Shown: in pieces, positions 54,051-64,000 of the stretch
Layout: every line of letters starts with the position of its first letter
How positions within the stretch are numbered: the stretch's first letter is position 1
Assembly: GCA_036172245.1 (NCBI GenBank)
Contig: JAYWIR010000046.1
Coordinates: 558,001-622,000, forward strand
Source of the DNA: Raillietiella orientalis
Taxonomy: Eukaryota
Length of the DNA stretch: 64,000 bases
Direction of reading: 5' to 3'
Position numbers and translations under genes: made by a program
The notes under the pieces: generated by a model
What the model saw: only the letters and a program-made list of their open reading frames with translations
What the model was told of the DNA's origin: nothing
Databases searched by the model: none

Positions 54051-55080
54051 TCAAAGGTCAAGAGATGAATGATGGACGACGGCCAGGTTGCTCCGCTGAG
54101 TCGAGGAAGCCATCAGGTGAATGGTACGCTGAATCTCGCTGCGGGATCTTATCAGTCTCCGAAGGAATTGTACTGGATAAGCCGAGTGCGTTTCGAAAAT
54201 TAGCCGAAGGGGAACTTTTGCTTATCTTTGCTTCCACGATTCGAATTTTGTGAACCAGTGGAACGATGGATCGGCACCGCTCTGTAACTGTTCCGCGGGG
54301 AAGGCCAAAGTGCTGCGCTTGTCTGCATCGTTTCCAGCTAACCATGGCAAATGGAAGCGAGGAAGGGCGAGCACGACGCCGGAGATGCGTCGGAAGCTGG
54401 TAAGTCGCTCGCTCGGACGTGGATCGGGTAGTCGGAAACTTTGCCCCCGGAAACGGACAACGCGTCAAAAGGACGAGTTCGAAACGCGGCCAGTCGAACG
54501 AGGGGAGATGGGTGGAGCGAGGTGCGTCATCGAGTAGACTGAATTCGCATGGCGAGCACCGCGCGATTCTCAAGCGTTTCGGATTCAGGCCGGTTCGGCA
54601 GCTCTGGGATGGCGACTTCCTAGTAGTGCAGGCAGATGGAAAGTGCGTTTCCCGTAGGCTGTGCGCACATCCGAAAGCGAACGTTGTCGCGTCGTCGCGC
54701 AAGCAGGAAGGGCGAATGTGCTGAGGTGAACAGAAGAGTCGCTTGCCTGCTGGGTTTAGGCAGCTGATGCGACCACGAACGCGACCCGAGCTGTCTTCGT
54801 AGGGAAGGGTGGTGAGCGTTGAGGCGTGCCATGCGCTGGCACGGCATGTTTCGTGATGCTGCAAGACAGGGACTCGCCGGACGAAATGTGGATGGCTGTG
54901 CGGACCAGCACTCAGGAGGGTGCAGTTCTCGAGCCGTACTCGTCAGTCAGATGGGTCGCCTGTGGAAGCGGCCCACGTACTCTTCGGTGAAGGCCCATCC
55001 ATGATCGTGTTGAGGTTGCACTTGCCCACGCTGAAGATGAATGCTTTGACCATCGACCAGGCTGTTTCGAAAAATAGTAG
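53699..55080. repeat. 1382-bp inverted duplication, copy 2 (partner at 17824-19204); carries the L1/Tx1 endonuclease remnant on the minus strand
   Basis: Direct reverse-complement comparison with 17824-19204. Confidence 0.97.
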
Positions 55081-55199
55081 ACGTCCGGTATCTACTCAAA
55101 AAACTGCTTCCAAGGTGGCATAATCAACGCTAATTTTAATTCTTTTGTAATTAATTTCGTTACATGTTGAATTCTGGCTTTACTGTGACACACCTAGGG

Positions 55200-56640
55200 G
55201 CGGATCTCGGAGTATCAATAGGAGACGAGCACAAGGATCCGATGCGAAGGAAGAGATAAGTTTCTATGTACTGTCTAGTACGAAAGAGTACATATTTCAT
55301 CAAAGTTGTAGAAGTAGGGGGTGAAGAATGCAATCTTATAGTTTTGTCACTCTTAATTTGTTTACTGTTTCGAGTATTGGAAACGATGAAAGAAATGAAT
55401 ACACTTTTTCCAGGAATAAAAGAATGTCGATGTACTTATGTAACCTCTAGAGATAACTTTTACGATGTTCATGGGATAGCAATTCGATTACTTCTATGAA
55501 TCCATTGCTAACTGTTGTAGGGAGCATGCTATCTTGAATTGGTTGTTTCTGCAGGAAGTCCATACCTCTTAGAGTGGAAAGCCTTTTAGAAGCCTGGGTT
55601 TAGTTTTCTAGGTTTGCGATATCACTTTAACACTATCCCTTACTTGTCACTTGTCCTATGAGCAAGTAGCAAGCAAGCATTGTCTCATTCTGCTCAGCAG
55701 CAGACCTACGTTCCTTGTTTGTTCGGGATTGGTGGCTTTCACGAAAAAAAAAAACACACAAAAACAAAAAAGCAATCTGGTCAGGCCCTACTCCAGTCGT
55801 TCTCGAAAATACTTCAAGAACCTTTCCAAGGCAAAGAAAAGCTTACATTTGCAAGAGCAGAAACCGTTTCAGAATATTCGAGTAACATGGAAGGAGGAGG
55901 GGGGAGGCGAATCCGTGGTTCACGACCGCCATTCTGTTGGAGCAAAATATTGCAGAAGGACCCTAGTTGAGTCGAGAAGAGGGAGTGAGACAACTGAGCT
56001 GCTTGATTTTCGATGTGGAGCAAAGCCGTTCTTCGTAAATTGCATCATCATGCAGACTACTTTGTAAGGTCTGCTCAGTAGATAGCTGTAGATATTCGGC
56101 ATCACTGGGAAGTACTGCACCCTGATTCGTATTTTCTCCATAGTTGCGCTGGCGGTTTCCACGGGGATTTCCAGATAAGACTCAAGCGGTATGAAATCAG
56201 GCTTTGGTATAAACTTATAAGAAGTTGTTGCAGTCAAGTTGGTACTGAATAGTTTTAAGAACTTACTCCACAAAAAACTCGGTGGGGTATGTGTGATCGG
56301 ATCTAAAGATATTTTGTCAGAAGGAACGAGTCTTTGTTTCGATCATGGGAGACTCCAGGCACTGCTATCTTGCTAAGGGACCAGCATATGTCACTGAGTA
56401 ACGGGTTCATGGATTTTGTTCCAGCCTGACCATGGCCATGGCATTTGCAGTAGAGCCACAAACCTTTATAAACAAACGCATACCTCTTCTGAAGATGCCA
56501 TGGAAATTACAAACTCTCAAATAGGAAATGCACCAAAGCATCTTGAATCAGAGTGAATTCTTTTCTTGAGTTTCTGCAAGGAATAGTGGGTTGCGGTGCT
56601 CAGATATCTTCAAAATCGGGTATTTTTTTATGATCTCAAA
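55200..56640 (-). mobile_element. Highly decayed L1-like ORF2 (endonuclease to RT N-terminus)
   Basis: Ordered remnants LFLAETQ, RGMRLFIK, VTYAGP, LSRPYKV, YGLPAE, SWKK, NYKI (compare FLQETH, RGVAIL, NVYAP, SRLDRI, DGLPAE, SWK, NYRPI). Confidence 0.45.
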
Positions 56641-57879
56641 GGTCCAGTGAACTGTTTATAAAGTCCATATTCGAATGGGAAACTAAAATTTAAAATAGAG
56701 TCGGTTTTGCATTTATGGCTGTTATAGTTGGAATATCTAAATGGGTTCCGTTTGAAAATGACATAATTCGAACGATTATTGAATCATCTTCTAGGAAACA
56801 CAATTTTAGTTAGGAAAACTGTCGAGTTAAAACAACACATGCCGGTGAAAGTCTCCAGATGAGCTACAGAATGCTCAAATCTTTTGCCAAGTCGGTGAAA
56901 GATCTCCATGCACCAAAGCCAACAAAAAAATGCGAGTTGTCTGTGGAACCCTTTCAGTCGGTTTCAAGATAAAGAGCTTTCGTTCACGGTTCCACATTTA
57001 CAATGACATGCAGTAGTCTGAAGTTTTGTTTCCATAATTTCAAAATTTGGTAATTGAAACCTGATGCACCTGAAATCAGATATATTTTTAATGTAACAGT
57101 TTGCTGCGAACCACTGTGAATTGAGCATTAGTTTAGTGCTTAGTTTACTGTTAATTTTTGGATCACTTATAGAGGCAGTCAATCTTAATGCATTATTAAA
57201 ATTAGTTGTCAACTGCCTAGCCGAAAATTCGATGTTTTCCTGAAATAAGCATATATATTACAGAATTAAGAAACAATTCCCGAGCTGTAAGTAAGACTAA
57301 TTGCCAACGAATACTTCTCCATTACTCTATTTCGTTGCATTCCCATGAATGTAGGAATGTAGGAGGAGAATGAAGTAGCTAGAATGTGGATCATTTATTG
57401 CGGTTGCACATGAAGTCGATGTGATGCATACGATGAAAAGTGATAGATGAACAGAAGGTAATGAATATTCTTAAGACCCTATGCAGAGAACCACACCAAC
57501 TTGTATGAAGATACTTCTTTTGTATTTCTCTTTTTTCGTTTTGCCACATCATCTTATGTTTCATCATATTATCCATTAATACATGTATTTGCATAATGAA
57601 AAGGAAATTGTGAATATCTAGAATAAACAGTTAAAAAGTCTCATCTGGAAAACTTTGCCGTGGAAATTGCTTTAACCCCGAACTGTTGGATCTAAAATAT
57701 ATTTGTTCCTTTTTTTTTTTACATTGTACATATTAATCAAAGTACTAGTTTGAATATGATCACTCACGATCTTGAAGTAAAATGCCTGATTTTCAAGAGA
57801 TGAAAAGTATTTTATTTAAGAACAAATTTGTAATTATAACTCTTGTAACTATATTTGAAAAAGGAAGACACTGCTTAAT

Positions 57880-58976
57880 CTAATGGAACTGTCTAACATC
57901 TGCTGGAAACCCGAATACTCATGCTTCATTATCAGAGAGACAACTCAATTTCTTCAGAGTTTTCCTACGTTTCCTTTGAAAGATTAAGAATTCCAAAGTG
58001 TATTTTAGTATCGTGAGACTTGAACAGAAACAGTGGATGGTTTCTCAGACGTTGAAGAATGATGATGTCACTATTCCCTTTATCCAATTTGAAGCTTTTT
58101 GCAATTACTCTTGGTTGTGGTAGCAGAACAGTTTGTTAAGAAGTAAAGAATGCTATCCAAATACGGATTAATTCGCTAAGTTTCTTTCAGAGAAGAAGGG
58201 ACCTTTGGCATTTGAAGTTGTAATTTATGGCAAATGGAAGACCGTTTCCGAAATAACGTGTTTCGCAACTTGTGAAATGATTTTAGACTTTGTGATAAGT
58301 GCATCAGCAGTTAGAATCTGTCCAAAGATCAGCACATTAAATAGTCTCTAAGCATTCAAAGACAAATACTGCTGTCGTTTCTATTCTCAGAGTAGCTTAA
58401 GCAGATTCCTACTTATTTTATTCTTAATTTGATATTTGGATTACTCGGAGTGTGTGCTTTGTATGTAATCTGCAATTGCTTGCATTCTTGATGATCGAAA
58501 CAATCCTTAAGAAATATTCTTCGACATTACAGTGCTGTGAGAGATCAATCAAGAACACTAACTCTGATTGAAAGATGATAGTACATCTTCTTATTACAGT
58601 ATTCTAAATGTTGCTGACCACAATGGTAGAGAGTGTTGCTTATAACGCTTCGTAATTATTATTTGGTTGATAAGAACGATGAATAATGATCAGAGGTTAT
58701 CATATCTTCTGCTAAAATAAGTCAGTCTCTTCAAAAATAAACAGTGGATTCGAAAGATGGGTTTCCAAGATTCTTCAGCCATTTGGAAAGTTCGAGCCCA
58801 TTTTCTTCCATCTCTTCAGCTTGATTCATAGTTTTTGTTGCCCATTCATCATGGACATGTGATCTTAACTCATTAACGTGCATTTCTTCATTTCTTTGGT
58901 AGTAATGCAACAGATATTTCTCATGAGTTCCGAGACCTGAAAATGGTACCTTCGGGTATATTTCGCCGTTTATCAT
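57880..58976 (-). mobile_element. Decayed BEL/Pao RT and downstream pol
   Basis: YPKVPFSG...YLL...SHVHDE...EENGLELSKWLKN (compare RVPFG...YVDD...GFxLxKWxSN), followed by LTADAL...INPYLDSIL. Confidence 0.55.
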
Positions 58977-59989
58977 TGGATATCTGAGTTCTTAATAATA
59001 CCGATGCATCAGTTGTCACAAAAAGATCCACAGGGGAAACAGACTGATTAGACTACAGGAACACAATACATTCACTTGGTTTATTTTATTTTTTAAAAAA
59101 TGAATTCGAAATCCTTACATCTTAACGTGTTTTTGCAAGTCAGTTCACGTACAAAAAATAGCACTAGAAATGAAAGAAGTTTGGTGCAGGGTTCTTCTCA
59201 GTGATGGACCCAGCTAGAGACGCAGACGCTCCATGCGATGGTCTAGAATAAAACCTGTGCTTAGTGCTGAGTAAATGACAAGTACGAAGACAGAACTACA
59301 GTTTTGGACAATTAAGCTTACAAACATCGCGAAACATATCGAATTGACTGTTTCTAGAATCAGAGGTGGGAACTGTGGAATTTTATGTAAAGATCCACGG
59401 CAAACTACTGAAATCTAAGGGTCAAAAATTCCTTTGTCTGGATAATTGCATTTGTGCAACTGACCATTTTTAAAGGTCATGTCTTGTTTCTGTGGCCGAA
59501 TAATGAAAGAAGAAAAAAGATCATGTTCTTAGTGAAGGAAATTCTTATTCTACTTGCAGCTTTAAGAACGTTACTCAGAGTGATTAGTAAAATTTTTATT
59601 AATGATCTCGAGTCCTTAATTGCTCTGTATTCAAGATTTATTTCTTCTGGAAATTTGTGCCGAAAAACATGCAATGCATGAATGTCACTCGGTTTTCCTG
59701 TTCGAGCGGAAGTGAATTCTATAAACGAACTTTCTAAGGAGATTTCGGATGTGAAAGATCGTTCTAGTTATTAAAGATACTCACTCCCTAAACTTGTCAA
59801 TAATTTTTGCTTATTTATCTCAGATAAAACAAATCTTGCACAATCTCTCTGAAAATAGGAAAAAAACGCGTTCGAAAGTATTGTCTTTGGAATTTACAAA
59901 TCTTCGCTTCTTTTCAATTGCTTTCCATAGGGTGCAAAGGAGCACATAAAGGAAAAGGCGTGAAATGACAAAATACGTAAAAAAAAGTA

Positions 59990-60420
59990 TACGAGAAATC
60001 TCTCTTATTAGACTGGAAGGCTCCAATAAATTCTTCCAGTCCCAGACTTTTCGTTGTCCATTTACCTAAAAAGAGCCACTTTACTAAACAAGTCAAATAT
60101 ATTTCCAGTTTTCAAATATATTTCCAATCATTTCGCTTCTCATTTAGATAGAGATAAACAACTCTGTTCCTAAATTCTAGAAGAGATCAAACATCAGTAA
60201 ACACTATTGATGACATCAGGAGCAGTGTCTTCCCAAGAAATCCTCTCTTTGATTAGAAGATGATTTTGAAAGAACAGTTGCCGCTACTACAACTCGAATC
60301 ACAGCTCCAAGTTTGGAAGGCCTATCTTCACTTCTGGAAGTTTAGAGGCTGAAGCCAATTTGAAGTTTTGCATGCTAATGGAATTTAACTTTGCGAGACC
60401 AGCTGCTTCCTACATTTCGG
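59990..60420 (+). mobile_element. Decayed BEL/Pao integrase N-terminal region
   Basis: VHLPKKSHFTKQV and G(I)..NFARP (compare PIILPKxSHxTxL and GxDFAGP). Confidence 0.5.
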
Positions 60421-61199
60421 CAGTGAACACGGGGTGTACGCAAAGCGGTGGAATTAAAGGCTCATGCAGTCAGCAAGCTTCCAACCACAATTTCTGAACA
60501 TGAGACATTAAAATGGATGATTTTATGAGAATTGGTCTAAACTAAAGATCCCTAGATTTTCAGCTCTTTTACAAAATATATGATCTTCCAGAGGAAAGAG
60601 TTTGATATACAATTTTGTTAAAGTTAAGCACACATCAGGTGCACACTTTTGCACTTTTTCTCCGAAACCATGCAAAGAGAGGATCTGTCTACCACGGTAA
60701 GAATTCCACAGCTCACTAATCCCATGCTGATGTCGGCAGCAGTCAATCCATTCGAAGGAAATCAGCTCAGATTTTCAACCACTTTTCTGGACTGTGACAG
60801 AGTGGTCAGAAACTTTTTTTTCCTTGCTGCTTGCAAACATAATGCAAACGAGATGTCCTCATTATTTGTGCAGTGAGGATCGAAGATCAAAAATACTGAG
60901 TCAATAAAAAATGCGTTCCTGATGTCAGGAAGTGTTTCGAAAAGCTTTTCAAACTTCCCCGGAATCGAGAAATCCTTGGATCTACGCTTTTTTCTGTCTC
61001 GAATCCTTGAGAAATTGTATTGGTCTACATGCATTCATCACGATGCAAGTTCCTCTTCAAGCTGAATGCATTTTTCGTGAGCCATGTCGTCTCTCTGCTT
61101 TTGATTTTGCCTCACTAGGGTCTTCCATAATTGCTTTGACGTGGAGCATTATGTACGACTGAAATGGGGAACTGTGATTTTATTGATTCCCCCAGACCA

Positions 61200-62900
61200 A
61201 ACATCCAACACGAGCACCCCCCCCTCACTAAGGAGAACTTTTGCTAATTCGTAATCACGTTTGTCATGATCGGCGCTTTATTCCAATTTTTTCTGCTGAC
61301 TCTCCGCAACGCTCAGTGATCCTTTCATCCCTTGAATGCACGAAAGTGAAATTCAGCACAGCATAGGATCAAAAAACTCATTTACAGTTATCTTCTTACT
61401 GGGGAATCAGCATATCGCAAGCTTCTGCGGACGAGAGCAACATTATCTGGATGTATACTCTGTTGCGGTTTTACAATTCAACGTATAAGAATTATGTAAT
61501 AATCTCTCTCAAGCATCTCCAAGAGTGACTTGACGAGGGAATCGACTTGGCATCCAACCTGACAAGCCCCCTTTTCCAGAAGCAACCTTAGCTTTGAAAC
61601 AGCACGTAGTTCATGTGCTGCTTATCCATGTTGTCTTATGCTACGTCTTGAAACCGTGTTGTCAGTGCCTTCCTACCTTTACGGAGACTTTAGGTTTCCC
61701 ATTATTTTCCGAGTTCACTGTTAGATACTTTTCTCATGGTTTCACGCTTGCCGTTTTCTTATATCAGGACAGCTTTGCGTGATACTTGGAATCTTATGGA
61801 AGAGTGCTGAATGTTTTTTTCCCATACAGGCAATGATACAGGATATGAAGAAATGATGCTTTTATTGCAAAGCATTCTGAAATTCCCAACCACTGGGTTG
61901 TAAGGAGAAAATTCTAGTGCACTTGTTTTGTTCGCGTGTTTTTGGACAGCTCTGTTTTTTTTTTTTAGAAGCTCATGGAGTCATTATAAAAGAGAATGCT
62001 TTCCTCTCCTCGCTTGCCGTGCTCAACTGCTGCGACTCAGAACAACATCATGACGAAGACCACCACTGCATTAGCTGCTGTTACACAAGCAGGAAACTTG
62101 TTTCTTTGAAAACGAGGAAAGCACTTCTAGCTGACTTGAGAAGGGTGTCAGCCAGGAGTTCTGACGCCCTTTCAAAAGTTACAAGAAGCTGCACCTTTCT
62201 TTCATTTCCGTTCTCACGGAGAGAAGATTCGACCCTTCTCTCTCAACAGTCACACAGCCATTCGTCTGCAGCGCCTACTTCTGCACAAGGGTGATTTTCT
62301 TGTTTGACATAGTCACAAACGTATCTAGAGCTGAGGATATTTCTTTGAATGTTAACATTCGTTTCCTTTGATTTTTCCTTTGAGCTTGGGAGCTAAATGT
62401 CATTTCACGTATCGGTCCGGTTCCCGAAGCTGGTGCTTGTAGTTCCGAGAGTAGCGTAACAGCGAGACCATTCCTTCAGTAAGGGAGATCTCGACCGCTG
62501 AGATAGGATCGATGACTGGAGCAAACCACATGCTAGTGCCATATAATCGAGTATAATGGGCGTTGTCGAACCTCTGTTTAGGTAAACAAATAGAGGACGC
62601 CTCAGCTACAGAGGTAGGCACTGAAATGATAAGCGCAGATCGATTCCAGCTTTCTGCATCAACACAGATAGACGCAACACCATCCTAGATACTGTTTTAA
62701 ACAGCATGGCAACGGCGAATGAAGTCAGCTACTGTGTCTAATGGGAGGTAATGGCACCATTACGAGCTCGGCATATACGACTCTTGGTCTGGAGTTTCTT
62801 GAAGTAGGCTTCGTCTTGGCAGTGCATCTCGCTTCGAAGCAGTGAGCACGGCCGCCTTCTGGCTAAGACCTTAGCATAGCAGTGTGTGCATAGGAAAGTT
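61200..62900 (-). mobile_element. Decayed L1/Tx1-like ORF2 (endonuclease plus RT)
   Basis: YAKVLARRR...LLQET (endonuclease start, about 62880-62790), FDNAHYTR, then KGACQVGCQ...SLRYADS (about 61580-61410; compare KGVRQGCP...YADD). Confidence 0.6.
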
Positions 62901-64000
62901 CCCAGAAGGCTACCGAGGAACTTCGTTGCCCATTCCACCAGCAGACTGCACATGTCTTCTCGAGCATAGATGGAAGAAGTTAAAAGAATGGTGAGAACAA
63001 AATCAGTAATTTGTATCTGAGAGATACAAAGAACGGGGTTCGTGTACTGTGGATAAGTAGCTGAGACCGGAAGAAATGATGCTCTATCATGGCCATCGCA
63101 CATTCCCAGGAGGTACGGGATTCTGGAGGAAACGTCAACGATTTTTTCTAACGAAAGTCAGCCTTGAAGCACAAATGCCAAATCGTAAAAGGATGAAGGA
63201 GAAAAGACCACGAGTTCGTTTTTGTAGAATCTTGGGTTCCTTAAAAACATATTAGCAGATCAAGAACATTTCTCTCCTGAAAAGGCATACCTACTGTTGA
63301 GTGTCTTCTGATGTAAACCAAAAAAACGCCGGAGTACACGGAAACGTCCGTGTGTTACTGCAGATTAATCAAGAAAGAATGACAGATATCCTTTCGTCCT
63401 GAATAGTTTGGAGAGGATTTGGAGAAGACAGCCCATATTTACAATTACAGTGTAGTTTATAGTAATCAGACGAATGGAAGGGAAATTAACGACTCAGAAA
63501 AAACGAATTACCTTGGCTGTCGTGTGCAAAAAACCCTCCTTGACGAAGAATTGAAAATGCATTAGATATGATGGATGTGTTCTATCCGGGCAACTCACTG
63601 CCCGCGTCATTTATACGCTTCGCTTCCCTTGACTTCGTGCCGAATTGATATCTCGGAGGAATTATTTTAAAATCAACAACAAGTAATTCCAGAAATACAT
63701 AATATCCTGGCCCAAAATCAAGTGCGTTCCTGTTACGGTCTCAGACGTTTGATACATTTTCATAAAGTGGACGATAAAAAAACGTCCATTTCCTTGTACA
63801 TGCTTTGATGATAGTCTACAATAAATTTTGTATAGATCATTTCGTATAGATCCCTTCGTCTTCTGATAAGTCCTGTTTCTTGCTGGGAACGAATGCCATC
63901 CATAAAACACATTCCCACTAATGCCGATTGATTCTACTCAAACATTAAAATCATTTACTATGTAATCTGGGAGAATACGATTGCCATAATCCACCCCTTG

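Noticed and set aside
54250..54537. PLCNCSAGKAKVLRLSASFPANHGKW looked like a GRF zinc finger (also at 18180-18653)
   Set aside because: It lacks the second Cys pair and lies antisense to an ordered set of L1/Tx1 endonuclease motifs, so it is a shadow ORF of GC-rich DNA.
54058..54864. 268-aa and 213-aa ORFs in the duplicated unit as real genes or the viral capsid
   Set aside because: The frame differs between the copies because of the indel, and the endonuclease motifs are scattered over frames. They are remnants, not intact CDSs.
17824..55080. A giant 37-kb TIR transposon (Maverick-like) with Rep as its mobiliser
   Set aside because: No target-site duplication and no integrase, polB or transposase. 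The repeats are LINE debris and the interior is host gene plus old fragments.
55920..56273. ORF with YKFIPKP as a circovirus-like capsid
   Set aside because: It is not adjacent to the Rep block and sits within ordered L1-like endonuclease/RT remnants.
1..64000. tRNA, rRNA, CRISPR arrays or bacterial operons; most short ORFs in the track
   Set aside because: No cloverleaf, rRNA or repeat-spacer pattern was seen. The DNA is eukaryotic, and most 60-100 aa ORFs are chance frames or antisense shadows.

Overview
AT-rich eukaryotic nuclear DNA with spliceosomal introns. An arthropod host is inferred from a Wolbachia-like insert and the gene content, but not proven. Three host genes can be reconstructed by hand: prefoldin subunit 4 (+, 2.1-2.9 kb, with a GC-AG intron), a 4-exon multi-C2H2 zinc-finger gene (-, 5.5-12.2 kb) and a multi-exon coiled-coil gene resembling CCDC73 (+, about 24-42 kb, model incomplete). 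The rest is a patchwork of decayed L1/Tx1-like, BEL/Pao and Copia retroelement fragments. The main find is an endogenised CRESS (circular Rep-encoding ssDNA) virus fragment at about 52.2-53.6 kb. It keeps an origin stem-loop with a TTGTATTAC nonamer, a TATA box, a disrupted Rep with all three RCR motifs and SF3 helicase motifs, and possibly a capsid C-terminus in the same sense. Also notable are a 78-codon Wolbachia-like ftsA fragment missed by the ORF track, a near-identical 1.38-kb inverted duplication bracketing 34.5 kb, and many short perfect hairpins and templated-insertion scars. All homology calls come from manual motif recognition; no database search was run.
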